Source of the DNA: a candidate division WOR-3 bacterium
GTDB lineage: Bacteria; Hydrothermota; Tepidihabitantia; Tepidihabitantales; Tepidihabitantaceae
Assembly: GCA_965649225.1 (NCBI GenBank)
Contig: CBFGJX010000007.1
Location: 1-64,000 of the forward strand
DNA length: 64,000 nucleotides
Direction: 5' to 3'
The first letter of the stretch is position 1, and every line of letters starts with the position of its first letter. Below, piece by piece: positions 19,432 through 29,166 of this stretch. The translations under genes and the position numbers were made by a program. A model generated the notes under the pieces. That model was not told the origin of the DNA. It searched no databases and saw only the letters and a list, made by a program, of their open reading frames with translations.

Positions 19432-20679
19432 TCAGGTGTATAGTGATGCGATGCCTTCCAGGTAGTCCTGCCGGTGACCGAGGCTGATTGGCAGACAGTA
19501 AAACAGCGTGTTGTAAAGTCCGATCCGGCGCGGCCGCCGGAATACCCGATTCAGAATTGCACTGACCGAATAGAACCGGCCCTTCAACCAGGCCGGTTGT
19601 CCCGGTGTCAACACCGGCGCGTAGCCGGCGGGATCTATCAGAAAGTTGCCGGCGTCGTCAGTGTGCGGTTCCAAAACTGTCAGAAAGTCGATGTCAATCC
19701 GGCGAACTGCGGTTATCAGTGGACGATAGTCATTCCAGTTGTCCTCTGGCAGGACCATTACTGTGGCACCAACCAGCATTTTTGCCGATTGTAGCGTTTT
19801 CACACTGCGGTGAAGACGCCGGATGGTTTTCTCGCTCAGGTCATGACGTTCGAACAACGGCTGCAGCAGCGACTCGTTGAAGGTTATCAGCCGGACTCCG
19901 CTACGCGAAAGTGCTTTGATCAGGTCGGGACAGCTTAGCAGGCGAACCGAAGCACGAACTGTCCAGTGGCGGCGATAGTACCAGAGCAGACGGAAAATGT
20001 CGGTGTAGTACTCGGGTATCGCCGCAACGTCGTCGTCGAGAAGATGAATTAACTTGCCGGGGAGCGAAACTACCTCGCCGATTATCTCGTCGGCGGCTCT
20101 GATTGTTGTTGCTTGGCCAAAGTAAAGTTTCTCGCGGCAGAACGCGGTTGACCGCGTAGAGCAGTGGCAGCCACGGACAAATTGAATCGACTGATAGTTG
20201 CGGTCGAGTCCGGACGGCAGTTCCAGCCGGGGTGGTGGTTGAATGTAGCCCGGTTGGGTTCCGGCAGTAATTGTGCGGGGCAGTGAATTACTTAGCAGTT
20301 TCTCGCGGATCACCGGCCAGGCAAGGGCGATTTCTCCCAGGACGTTGTGCCTGATGGGAGGGGGCGGATTGTTTGCCCATCTGGCTGATTGAGGACCACA
20401 CAGAATCAGCGCCGGCCGGGAGCGGTGCCGGGTTGCGAAGCGAACTGCGGCGGGTCCGCAGTCGACATCGGCATGGACCAAAGTGACGTCGGATTCGGGC
20501 AGGGAGTCAAGGTCGCAGGTGCGCTCGTCGAGGTATTTAAGGGAATCGCGGGGATCGATGGCGCCGGCCAGTCGACAGAGCTCGACATTGGGGGCAAGGG
20601 AAAGAAATGAACCCCGGGGCGGGTATCCCGGTCGCAGCCGCTGGGAGTCGCGTGTCAGCGCGACAGCGACAATCTTCAC
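19432..20679 (-). CDS. Degenerate B12-binding-like/radical SAM family protein
   Basis: YLDER, GE, IQFVRGC...FC, R..DEI..E, LLDDD and FYS...I..R segments typical of the family. Cys motif altered. Confidence 0.65.
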   Translation of the reverse strand: MKIVAVALTRDSQRLRPGYPPRGSFLSLAPNVELCRLAGAIDPRDSLKYLDERTCDLDSLPESDVTLVHADVDCGPAAVRFATRHRSRPALILCGPQSARWANNPPPPIRHNVLGEIALAWPVIREKLLSNSLPRTITAGTQPGYIQPPPRLELPSGLDRNYQSIQFVRGCHCSTRSTAFCREKLYFGQATTIRAADEIIGEVVSLPGKLIHLLDDDVAAIPEYYTDIFRLLWYYRRHWTVRASVRLLSCPDLIKALSRSGVRLITFNESLLQPLFERHDLSEKTIRRLHRSVKTLQSAKMLVGATVMVLPEDNWNDYRPLITAVRRIDIDFLTVLEPHTDDAGNFLIDPAGYAPVLTPGQPAWLKGRFYSVSAILNRVFRRPRRIGLYNTLFYCLPISLGHRQDYLEGIASLYT

Positions 20680-22223
20680 CGATTGAACAGCCGCAGGAGG
20701 TCGTTGAATATCAGAAAGACGAACAGCATGATGATCAATGCCCAGCCAATGCGCATAATCCAGGCGTTTTCGCGTTCGGAAAGCCGACGGCGTCGAATCG
20801 CCTCGACGGCAAATAGAGCGATGTGGCCGCCGTCGAGAACAGGAACGGGCAGCAGGTTGACTACGAAGAGGTTGATGGAAAGCAGCGCCCAGAGCGCAAT
20901 GAAGTACTCGGCTCCCCAGCTGGCGCCTTCGTAGGTTACCTTGGCGACGAAAATCGGGCCACCGATCGCACGGCCGGGTATGCGCCGGGTGATCACCTTG
21001 TAGATAATCTCGAAGGTTCTAACGATCAGGTCGAGGGTGCGTTTCATTGCTTGAGTCAGTGCCTGGCCGGCGGTGAATCGGCGGCGGGGCATCATTGGCA
21101 TCACCCCGGATTCACCGCGTTTCTCCAGTGTCATCTGGTCAGCCGTCGCCGCCGGAGTCAGTGTAGCCTGCATAACTGCCCCGTTGCGACGCCAGACAAC
21201 TTTGACAGGTCGGCCGGGGTTGTTCTGTATCAGCTCCTGATAGGTTTCCCACTCCTTGACTGGTTCGTCCTCGACTGCAATCAGGGTGTCGCCGACGCGC
21301 AGGCCGGCGTGTTCAGCCGGGCTGCCGCGGCGGACTCGTCCGACAACGGCCAGAATCAATGGTCGCAGCTGCCGGGGTGGCAGTTGAATTGTCACGCCGA
21401 TCTGACGGGTTTTTTCGGCGGTGGCGGGGTCAATGGCGGCAGCCGGTACCAGGGAATCAACGATGGTCTCGCCGGCGCGGCGCCAGGTGATTTCGACGCG
21501 TCGGTTTCGGGATGAGCGAACAAAAGTACCGACGTCGCTCCAGCGTTTGACCGGCCGGCCGTCAACGGCGATGATGGTGTCACCGGGCATTATACCGGCG
21601 GACTCGGCAGGGCTGGATGGCCGAACTGCCTCGACCACGGCTGCTGCCGGGCCAAGCCAGGTGTCCGGGGTTGTTGTCCAACTGAGGGTGTGGCGTTCGT
21701 TGCCGCGGCGAACGGTGATTTCAACCGGACGCGGCGGCTGGCGATAGAGAATCGTCTCCAGCTGCTCGAAGTCGAGAACCGGGATACCATCGGCGGTTTC
21801 GACCACGTCCCCGAACTGAAAACCTGCTGCTGCGGCCGCGCTGTTCGGAGCCGGGGCAACGATCGGGGCGAAATAGGTTGTGCCGAAGACAGCGAACATC
21901 ACGAAGATCAGGACAAAACCGAGCAGCAGATTGAAGAACGGGCCGGCAGCAATCACGGCAATTCTGATGCCGGCCGGCCGGTCCAGAAAGCCACCGGCAA
22001 CCGGTTTGTCTTCGCCGGCCATTTTGATATAGCCCCCCAACGGAATCAGCGCCAGTCGGTATTCGGTTTCCCTGACCTGTTTGCGCAGGAGAACCGGCCC
22101 AAAGCCGACCGAGAAAACCTCTACAGGAATCCGCGCCAGTTTGGCCATCAGCAGATGACCGAATTCATGTACGGTAATCAGTATGCCAATCGTGATGACA
22201 ACAAGTGCTATTGATGATATCAA
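20676..22223 (-). CDS. rseP: RIP metalloprotease RseP with three PDZ domains
   Basis: HEFGH, FSVGFGP, IPLGGYIKM, AGP..N, NLLPVPVLDGGH. Three S.A..AG...GD PDZ units. Confidence 0.93.
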   Translation of the reverse strand: MISSIALVVITIGILITVHEFGHLLMAKLARIPVEVFSVGFGPVLLRKQVRETEYRLALIPLGGYIKMAGEDKPVAGGFLDRPAGIRIAVIAAGPFFNLLLGFVLIFVMFAVFGTTYFAPIVAPAPNSAAAAAGFQFGDVVETADGIPVLDFEQLETILYRQPPRPVEITVRRGNERHTLSWTTTPDTWLGPAAAVVEAVRPSSPAESAGIMPGDTIIAVDGRPVKRWSDVGTFVRSSRNRRVEITWRRAGETIVDSLVPAAAIDPATAEKTRQIGVTIQLPPRQLRPLILAVVGRVRRGSPAEHAGLRVGDTLIAVEDEPVKEWETYQELIQNNPGRPVKVVWRRNGAVMQATLTPAATADQMTLEKRGESGVMPMMPRRRFTAGQALTQAMKRTLDLIVRTFEIIYKVITRRIPGRAIGGPIFVAKVTYEGASWGAEYFIALWALLSINLFVVNLLPVPVLDGGHIALFAVEAIRRRRLSERENAWIMRIGWALIIMLFVFLIFNDLLRLFNR

Positions 22224-23383
22224 GCTGATTCCTTCCTGATCAGGTTCAAGGCTACCTGGCGTGCTTTGGCTTCTACCTTCAACAGTCCCTTGATACCGGT
22301 TGAGCTGCGGGTACTGGCAGCAGTCAACCGTAACACGGTATTGATGATCCTTGGAATGTCGCCCAGTTCAATTTGGGAATTGAGAAAGGCGCTGACAGCA
22401 ACCTCGTTGGCGGCGTTCAATGCACAGGTGGCCGACTGGCCGGACTGCAGGGCAGCGTAGGCGAGTTGCAGACAGGGGAAGAGTCTGGTATTGACCGGCT
22501 CAAACTCGAGATTGAGCCCTTTTTCGATCGCCAGTGGCCGGAGCAGCGTCGGGCTGCGCTGGGGCCAGCTCAGGGCGTATTGGACTGGCAGCCGCATGTC
22601 GGGTGTTGACAGTTGAGCCACCATTGATCCGTCGGTGAATTCGACCAGTGAGTGGACAATCGACTGGGGGTGGATAACGGTGTCAATTCTATCGGCGGTA
22701 AGTCCGAAGAGCCGGGCAGTCTCAATAACCTCAAGGCCCTTGTTCATCAGCGTCGCTGAGTCAACGGTTATCTTTCTGCCCATTTGCCACGTCGGATGGC
22801 GCAGCACATCTTCGATTCTTGCTCGGTGTGGCGGGCCGGTTCGGCGGAAAGGACCGCCAGAAGCAGTCAGAATCACCCGGCGGACATCGGCGATGTCGCG
22901 GCCGTGCAGACATTGATGCAGGGCGGCAAGTTCGGAGTCGATTGGCAGGACGGTTGCGCCGTGACGTCGTGCCAGACGGAGCAGCGGTTCGCCATAGCCG
23001 ACAAGCAGTTCTTTCGTTGCCAGACAGATGCGTTTACCGCATTCGGCTGCAGCCAGTGTTGGCAGCAATCCGGCCGTTCCGGACATGACCATGACGAGAG
23101 TGTCGACACTTGGCGCGGTAGCAGCTTCGATCAAGCCGTCGAGGCCAAAGTCAACCCGAACCGTCTGTCCAAGCGCCGAACGGACTCTGTGGCAGGCGTC
23201 AAAATCAGTCAAGACGACCCTTTCAGGTTGAAATCGGCGTGCCTGGTTGATGATGGCTGCGGCTGAAGTTCCGGCCGCCAGTGTGTGGATTGCAAAACGG
23301 TCCGGCATCCGCTCGACAACATCGAGAACGGCACGGCCGACGGAACCGGTGGAACCGAGAACAGTTAGCTTCTGTCGGCGCAT
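22220..23383 (-). CDS. dxr: 1-deoxy-D-xylulose-5-phosphate reductoisomerase
   Basis: LGSTGSVG, PIDSE, LTASGGPF, HPTW.MG.KITVDSATLMNKGLE, NAANE. Confidence 0.96.
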   Translation of the reverse strand: MRRQKLTVLGSTGSVGRAVLDVVERMPDRFAIHTLAAGTSAAAIINQARRFQPERVVLTDFDACHRVRSALGQTVRVDFGLDGLIEAATAPSVDTLVMVMSGTAGLLPTLAAAECGKRICLATKELLVGYGEPLLRLARRHGATVLPIDSELAALHQCLHGRDIADVRRVILTASGGPFRRTGPPHRARIEDVLRHPTWQMGRKITVDSATLMNKGLEVIETARLFGLTADRIDTVIHPQSIVHSLVEFTDGSMVAQLSTPDMRLPVQYALSWPQRSPTLLRPLAIEKGLNLEFEPVNTRLFPCLQLAYAALQSGQSATCALNAANEVAVSAFLNSQIELGDIPRIINTVLRLTAASTRSSTGIKGLLKVEAKARQVALNLIRKESA

Positions 23384-24057
23384 AACAGCCGTTCGGCCAG
23401 CCGCAGGTCGGCGCGGGTAGTTATCTTGATGTTGTCGGCCGGGCCTTCAAGCCAACGCACCGGTATGTTGAGTCGTTCCAGCAGCGCGCAGTCGTCGGGA
23501 GCAGTCAGCTTGTCGGCAGCGGCAACAGCGTGGGCGTGTTTGATGAGAGCAACGGGGAAGAACTGAGGTGTTTGGACAGCGATAACCCCGTGTCGTTCAA
23601 TCGTTGCTCTGATTCTTTGGCCGGAACAGGTCTTCAGGGTGTCGGTTACCGGCCGGCCGTATGTCACTGGCCCGCGGCGTTGGACTTCGGCGAAGCCGGT
23701 CCGGAGCATTCGAACGGTCAATGCCGGCCGGGCGGCATCGTGAATTGCGACATACCCGGTCGCGGGAAGGCGGCCGAGTCCAAGCCGGACCGAATCAGTG
23801 CGGGTTTGACCACCGGCAACGATGTCAATGATTCGGTTGAGATGCGCTGTTCTGACCAGTCTGCGGACATCAGCCAGCCGCCGGCGCGGTGCGACGACGA
23901 TGAACCCGGTCAGGCCCGGGCAGGCGTCGAATGTGGCCAGCGAATGTAACAGGACCGGTCGGCCGCAGAGCCGGGCAAACTGCTTCATACCACCAAACCG
24001 GCTGCCGGTCCCGGCAGCGACAACGACGCCGAAGAGTTTTGAAGACCTGTCCGTCAC
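23365..24057 (-). CDS. ispD: 2-C-methyl-D-erythritol 4-phosphate cytidylyltransferase
   Basis: AAG.GSRF..KQF, GG.TR..SV, IHDAARP, QTPQ.F, NIKIT...DL. Confidence 0.95.
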   Translation of the reverse strand: MTDRSSKLFGVVVAAGTGSRFGGMKQFARLCGRPVLLHSLATFDACPGLTGFIVVAPRRRLADVRRLVRTAHLNRIIDIVAGGQTRTDSVRLGLGRLPATGYVAIHDAARPALTVRMLRTGFAEVQRRGPVTYGRPVTDTLKTCSGQRIRATIERHGVIAVQTPQFFPVALIKHAHAVAAADKLTAPDDCALLERLNIPVRWLEGPADNIKITTRADLRLAERLLCADRS

Positions 24058-25070
24058 GAGCGAGGCTGCAGCGGGACCGGGAAGTAGTCGATTTTCAGCG
24101 CCTGCCGAACAAGTTCCATTGTGGCGGTCCCTTCGGCCCTTGCTCGGGCGGTTCCAGCCGCGAGGATGTCCCAGACCTGTGCCGGCCGGGCTGCGAGTTC
24201 GGCCCGGCGCTGACGGATCGGGTCAAGGAACTCGTTCAGAACTGCCATCAGCCGTTTCTTGCAGGGGACGCAACCGATGGTGCCAGCACGGCAGCGTTCG
24301 GCAATGTCGTCGGATTCAGACTGATTGAAGGCCCGGTGATAGGCATAAACTACGCACACTTCCGGATGACCCTTGTCAGTCGGGTGAATCCGTGCCGGGT
24401 CGGTGACCGCTGCCTGAACTTTGCGATTGACCTCCTCCGGCGGGTCGGAAAGGTATATTGCATTTCCCAGACTTTTTGACATCTTGGCGTTGCCGTCAAG
24501 ACCGACAAGCCGGGATACCTCGCTGACCATCGCTTCCGGTTCAACAAGTACCGGTGCGTAATTGGCGTTAAACTTGCGCACAATCTTGCGGGTCAGCTCG
24601 ATGTGGGGCAGCTGATCTTCGCCCACTGGAACGAGATGTGCCCGGCAGAAAGTAATGTCGGCGGCTTGGCTGACCGGATAGCCGAGAAAGCCGTAGGGCA
24701 TTGACTCTTCAAAGTGGTACTGGGCGGCCTCGGTTTTGATGGTGGGGTTGTGCGACAACTGCTGAACGGTAACCAGCAGGCCGTAAATCACGGTCAGTTC
24801 AGCGATTTCCGGTACCATTGACTGAACGAAAATAGTTGTCCGTTCCGGGTCGACGCCGCAGGCGATGTTGTCCATTGCTACATTCAGGACGTCGTTGCGG
24901 AGGTTTTCGGGACGGTCAAAGTTGGTTGTCAACGCCTGAACATCGGCGATTATCACGAATTCATCATAGTCGTTCTGGAGTCTGACCCGGTTGCGGACCG
25001 AGCCGACATAGTGGCCTAGATGAAGCGGGCCGGTGGGGCGGTCGCCGGTCAGGATGCGCTTTCTTGGCAT
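24054..25070 (-). CDS. trpS: Tryptophan--tRNA ligase
   Basis: TGDRPTG.LHLGH, YPVSQAADI, VPVGEDQ, KMSKS. Start ATG 25070. Confidence 0.96.
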   Translation of the reverse strand: MPRKRILTGDRPTGPLHLGHYVGSVRNRVRLQNDYDEFVIIADVQALTTNFDRPENLRNDVLNVAMDNIACGVDPERTTIFVQSMVPEIAELTVIYGLLVTVQQLSHNPTIKTEAAQYHFEESMPYGFLGYPVSQAADITFCRAHLVPVGEDQLPHIELTRKIVRKFNANYAPVLVEPEAMVSEVSRLVGLDGNAKMSKSLGNAIYLSDPPEEVNRKVQAAVTDPARIHPTDKGHPEVCVVYAYHRAFNQSESDDIAERCRAGTIGCVPCKKRLMAVLNEFLDPIRQRRAELAARPAQVWDILAAGTARARAEGTATMELVRQALKIDYFPVPLQPRS

Positions 25071-25077
25071 GGTTCGG

Positions 25078-25105
25078 ATTATAGGGCTGTGCTGAAGGTG
25101 GTCAA
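25078..25105 (-). promoter_or_regulatory. Promoter of trpS-ispD-dxr-rseP operon (leaderless candidate)
   Basis: Minus strand: TTGACC-N16-TATAAT-N7-ATG. Confidence 0.75.
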
Positions 25106-25141
25106 GCAACCGCCTGCTGGCAGAGCTTGAATCCAGTTGGC

Positions 25142-25170
25142 TTGACAGAGGCAGACTGATGTTCTAAGCT
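25142..25170 (+). promoter_or_regulatory. Promoter of the 25179 operon (leaderless candidate)
   Basis: TTGACA-N17-TAAGCT-N8-ATG, no SD. Confidence 0.65.
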
Positions 25171-25178
25171 CTCCAGCA

Positions 25179-26300
25179 ATGGCTCATGCATATACACCAG
25201 GTTTGAAAGTGACTGAACGCACACTTGTTCGCAAGCAGCGGCGTCTGCCGCTGCCGGGCGAGAACCTTGTTCACAAAGGTCAACGAGTGAAGGGTGACGA
25301 CATTGTTGCCCGGACCGAGCTGCCGGGAAACGTGACAACGGTCAATGTTGGCGGGCTGCTGGGAGTTCCGCCTGAGGATGTACCGGGAATGATGGTCAAG
25401 AAACCCGGGGACAGCGTTGCCAAGGACGAGGTGATCGCCATGTCCAAGGGGTTTCTGGGGTTGTTCAAGAGTGAGGTTCGGGCTCCGGTTGCCGGTACAA
25501 TTGAGAGTGTTTCGCAGGTTACCGGACAGGTCATACTCCGTGAGCCGCCTGAGCCGGTTCAGATTGATGCCTATATTGAGGGTGTGGTCAGTGAAGAATT
25601 GCCGCGCGAAGGCGTGGTGGTCGAGACCGTTGCCAGCCTCGTCCAGGGTATATTCGGTGTCGGGGGCGAGGTCCGCGGTGTGATTCATGTCGTGGTCGAT
25701 TCGCCAGACGCGGTGCTTGGGGCTGATGCCATCACACCCGAATGTCGCGACAAGGTTGTTGTCGGTGGCTCGCTGATTGAGTATGGCGCAATTGAGCAGG
25801 CAATAAAAGTCGGGGCAAAAGCGCTGGTCGGTGGCGGCGTGGAGGATTCAACCCTCCGGCGCTTTCTCGGCTACGACATCGGTGTGGCGATTACCGGACA
25901 GGAAAAGAAGGGTCTGACGATTGTCGCCACCGAAGGTTTCGGCCGGATGGTGATGGCCAGCAGGACTTTCCAGTTGCTCAAGTCACTCGAAGGCAAGACT
26001 GCTTCGGTCAACGGCGCTACTCAGATTCGGGCGGGCGTCATCCGTCCCGAAGTAATCGTGCCGATACCGGACGCAAGCGGCGAGATTGCCGTCAGCCAGG
26101 CAGAGGCCGGATTGAGTCTCGGAATGCAGGTCCGGATTATCCGCCAGCCTCATTTCGGTGCCATTGGCCGGGTGGTTGCTCTGCCGGTGGAACTTGAGAA
26201 GATCGAGACCGAAGCCATGGTCAGGGTGCTGGAAGTCGAACTGGACAGCGGACAACGGGTGCGGCTGCCCCGGGCCAACGTCGAAATAATCGAGGGCTGA
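25179..26300 (+). CDS. Conserved uncharacterised protein with biotinyl/lipoyl-like hybrid motifs (NqrA/RnfC N-terminal-like) and KOW-like C-terminus
   Basis: LVHKGQRV..DD.VA and VKKPGDSV.KDEVIA...VRAPVAGTI motifs, NGATQIRAGV.RPE, G..VRIIR.P.FG..G.V. Confidence 0.65.
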   Translation: MAHAYTPGLKVTERTLVRKQRRLPLPGENLVHKGQRVKGDDIVARTELPGNVTTVNVGGLLGVPPEDVPGMMVKKPGDSVAKDEVIAMSKGFLGLFKSEVRAPVAGTIESVSQVTGQVILREPPEPVQIDAYIEGVVSEELPREGVVVETVASLVQGIFGVGGEVRGVIHVVVDSPDAVLGADAITPECRDKVVVGGSLIEYGAIEQAIKVGAKALVGGGVEDSTLRRFLGYDIGVAITGQEKKGLTIVATEGFGRMVMASRTFQLLKSLEGKTASVNGATQIRAGVIRPEVIVPIPDASGEIAVSQAEAGLSLGMQVRIIRQPHFGAIGRVVALPVELEKIETEAMVRVLEVELDSGQRVRLPRANVEIIEG

Positions 26301-26303
26301 CAC

Positions 26304-27188
26304 TTGTCCGGGCTGACACTGCTGCTTGTTTGTCTGTTGGCGGCCGGCGGGAGCCGGATTGAAGGCTTTTCCAGCCTCCGTCTTAAACCCGGCGTGAGAG
26401 AGGCGGGCATGGGCGGAGTCGGGGTTGCCTCGGGGTTTGGTCCCGAGGCAATTGCCCTCAACCCGGCGGCCAATGCGACCCTGAGCGGTTTTGCCGCAAC
26501 GGTTCAGCACACCAGCTGGATTCTGGACATGTCTCAACAATCGGCTTTTGTTGCCCGACGCACACCGCTGTTCAACGTCGGAGGCGGTGCGGTTGCCTTT
26601 TCGGCCGGCAGGTTTGAGTATCGTACCGACCCGACATTGGAGCCGATGGGTACTTTTCAGCCGGTCGAGCTGTCCGCTTATCTCAATCTGGCCCGGACTT
26701 TTCTCAACGGACTCGATGCCGGAGTCACCGGCCGGTATTTCTACGCCAAGACCATGACCGACATCGCTGCCGGTGTCGGTGCCGACCTTGGGATGCGCTG
26801 GCGGCCAACCGACCGACTGGCGGTGGGGCTTGCGCTGATTGATTTTGGTCAGAAACTTTCGTTCCGGCGCGAGGTTTTTCGGCTTCCGACCCGACTGCGG
26901 GCGGGTGCCAGCTACTCTTTGCTGACGACCGGCCAGCTGGGAGTTCTGGCAGCGGCTGACGGGTCATGGTACTTCCTTTCCCGCCGTCCGGAGCTGGGTA
27001 TTGGATTGGAGTTGTCATTTCGGGAACTGCTGATGGCCCGGGTTGGTTACAATCTGCCCGGCGGTGCACAGAGCCTCGGATTCGGACTGGGATTGAAGGT
27101 GCGCGGACTGAGATTTGACTACGCTGTGGCACCGTTGCGCCGGGATCTCGGCTGGGGACACCGTTTCTCGGTCGGACTCGGGCGGTAA
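26304..27188 (+). CDS. PorV/PorQ-like outer-membrane beta-barrel protein
   Basis: Signal peptide, L.L.PG.R.AGMG, NPA, DLG, LPT..R.G, FDYA...LG..HRFS. Confidence 0.75.
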   Translation: MSGLTLLLVCLLAAGGSRIEGFSSLRLKPGVREAGMGGVGVASGFGPEAIALNPAANATLSGFAATVQHTSWILDMSQQSAFVARRTPLFNVGGGAVAFSAGRFEYRTDPTLEPMGTFQPVELSAYLNLARTFLNGLDAGVTGRYFYAKTMTDIAAGVGADLGMRWRPTDRLAVGLALIDFGQKLSFRREVFRLPTRLRAGASYSLLTTGQLGVLAAADGSWYFLSRRPELGIGLELSFRELLMARVGYNLPGGAQSLGFGLGLKVRGLRFDYAVAPLRRDLGWGHRFSVGLGR

Positions 27189-27205
27189 GCTGTTCGTGAA
27201 CACCA

Positions 27206-28144
27206 GTGGTTGAAGGCTGGCTGGATTTCGAGGAGCCGCTGGCGCGGCTCTACGACCGCTACGATGAGCTTGTCGCGCTGGGGTCAACCGGTGAGGCCCG
27301 CAAGGTTCAGGACCAGATTGCCCGGTTGCGTTCCGAACTCTATCTCAATCTCACCCCCTGGCAGCGCGTTCAGCTCGCCCGTCATCCCCGCCGACCTTAC
27401 ACTCTTGATTACATCAGCCGGTTTGTCACCGGATTCGTGGAACTGCACGGTGACCGGGGATTCGCTGATGACCCGGCAATCGTAGTTGGACTCGGCCGTA
27501 TTGGCGGTAACGGCTTCGTCATCATTGGCCACCAGAAGGGCCGTGATACCAAAGAGAAGCTCTACCGCAATTTCGGAATGCCGCAGCCGGAAGGATACCG
27601 CAAGGCCCTGCGGGCTATGGATATTGCCGGTCGTTTCGGCCTGCCGGTACTGACGCTGGTCGATACACCGGGAGCATATCCCGGTGTCGGGGCCGAGGAG
27701 CGGGGTCAGGGTGAGGCTATTGCCCGCAATCTCCGTGAAATGGCGGTACTGCCGGTACCGATTATCAGCGTGGTGACAGGCGAAGGCGGTTCGGGCGGGG
27801 CACTGGCAATCGCTGTTGGCAGTCGGGTGTTGATGCAGGAAAACGCCGTCTATTCGGTAATATCACCCGAAGGCTGCGCTTCAATTCTCTGGCGTGACGG
27901 TGCAAAAGCCCCCGAGGCGGCGGCAGTACTGCGTTTGACCGCAAGAGAGATTCTCCAAACCGGTGCAATCGACGGCATCGTCGCTGAGCCGCCCGGAGGT
28001 GCTCATCACGACTGGGACGAGGCCGCGCGGCTGCTGGAAGCGGCGGTGCTGGAACAGTACCGGCAGCTGGCGCAGTTGAGCCCGGAGGAACTGGTCCGTG
28101 ACCGGGTCGAGCGGTTCGCCCGACTCGGAGTGTTTGCGGCGTGA
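27206..28144 (+). CDS. accA: Acetyl-CoA carboxylase carboxyltransferase alpha subunit
   Basis: LDFE.P, ARHP.RP, ELHGDR, RNFGMP.PEGYRKA, DTPGAYPG..AEERGQ, GEGGSGGA, ISPEGCA.ILW. Confidence 0.96.
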   Translation: MVEGWLDFEEPLARLYDRYDELVALGSTGEARKVQDQIARLRSELYLNLTPWQRVQLARHPRRPYTLDYISRFVTGFVELHGDRGFADDPAIVVGLGRIGGNGFVIIGHQKGRDTKEKLYRNFGMPQPEGYRKALRAMDIAGRFGLPVLTLVDTPGAYPGVGAEERGQGEAIARNLREMAVLPVPIISVVTGEGGSGGALAIAVGSRVLMQENAVYSVISPEGCASILWRDGAKAPEAAAVLRLTAREILQTGAIDGIVAEPPGGAHHDWDEAARLLEAAVLEQYRQLAQLSPEELVRDRVERFARLGVFAA

Positions 28145-29061
28145 GCGAAGCGCCGGACAAGGCAGCGGCTCAGCCTGCCTTTCGCTGTGGCCACGTCGCA
28201 GTTCTGGGCCGGCCCAATGTTGGAAAATCGACGCTGGTCAATGCGCTGGTGGGCATGGTCGTGTCGGTGGCGGCGCCAAGGCCACAGACCACCAGACAGC
28301 GGATTCTCGGGATACTGACCGGCCCGGACTATCAAGCATTGTTTGTCGATACGCCGGGCCTGCTTGAGCCAAGTTATGAGCTGCAGCGGTTCATGCGACG
28401 TGAAATCGAAGCGGCCCTGCCCGACGCCGACCTGCGGCTGCTGGTGTTTGATGCCGCCGATGACGATGGCGAAGACCAGTCGGTCCTGCGGTTCTGTGGT
28501 GCGGGCGCGGTTGTTGCTCTGAACAAGATTGACCTGGTGCCCGATATCGCGACGGCAGCTGAGCGGCTTGACCGCTTCCGACAGACGCCGGGCGTCCGGG
28601 CGGTCCATGCGGTGTCGGCAATCAGGGGCGACGGCGTGCCGGCACTGCGCGAGGAAATCGGCCGACTGCTGCCGCCGGGCCCGCCGCTTTACCCGCCTGA
28701 CCAGACGACTGATCGCACCGAGCGTTTTCTTGTCGCCGAACTGGTGCGGGCGGCGGTGTTCCGACTCTACGGTGCCGAAATACCCTACGCCACAACTACC
28801 AGCTGTGAAGAGTTTGTCGAGCGTCCCGGCCGCAAGGATTACATCCGGGTTGCCATTATCGTCGAACGGGAATCCCAGAAGCCGATTATTATCGGCCGTG
28901 ACGGTCGGGCGTTGAAGCGGCTGGGCGTCGAAGCGCGGCGCGATGTCGAGCAGCTGCTGGGGCGGCCGGTTTACCTTGAACTCGTTGTCAAAGTTGCCGA
29001 AAACTGGCGCCGGGACCCGGAGTTCATTCGCCGGCAGGTAATCAGCCGCGGTGGCAGTTGA
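28141..29061 (+). CDS. era: GTPase Era
   Basis: GRPNVGKST, QTTR, DTPG, NKID, EIPY, SQK.IIIG..G KH domain. Confidence 0.95.
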   Translation: MSEAPDKAAAQPAFRCGHVAVLGRPNVGKSTLVNALVGMVVSVAAPRPQTTRQRILGILTGPDYQALFVDTPGLLEPSYELQRFMRREIEAALPDADLRLLVFDAADDDGEDQSVLRFCGAGAVVALNKIDLVPDIATAAERLDRFRQTPGVRAVHAVSAIRGDGVPALREEIGRLLPPGPPLYPPDQTTDRTERFLVAELVRAAVFRLYGAEIPYATTTSCEEFVERPGRKDYIRVAIIVERESQKPIIIGRDGRALKRLGVEARRDVEQLLGRPVYLELVVKVAENWRRDPEFIRRQVISRGGS

Positions 29062-29072
29062 GCCGCATGAGC

Positions 29073-29100
29073 TTGACAGTTTTGTGTTGGCCGGTAACAT
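29073..29100 (+). promoter_or_regulatory. Promoter of tRNA-thiolase/nifU operon
   Basis: TTGACA-N16-TAACAT. Confidence 0.6.
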
Positions 29101-29166
29101 CAGTCAACATTGGCAGTTTCCAGTAACGGCGGTGGAGGCCATTGAGACTTTTGAGGTTATGACCAG

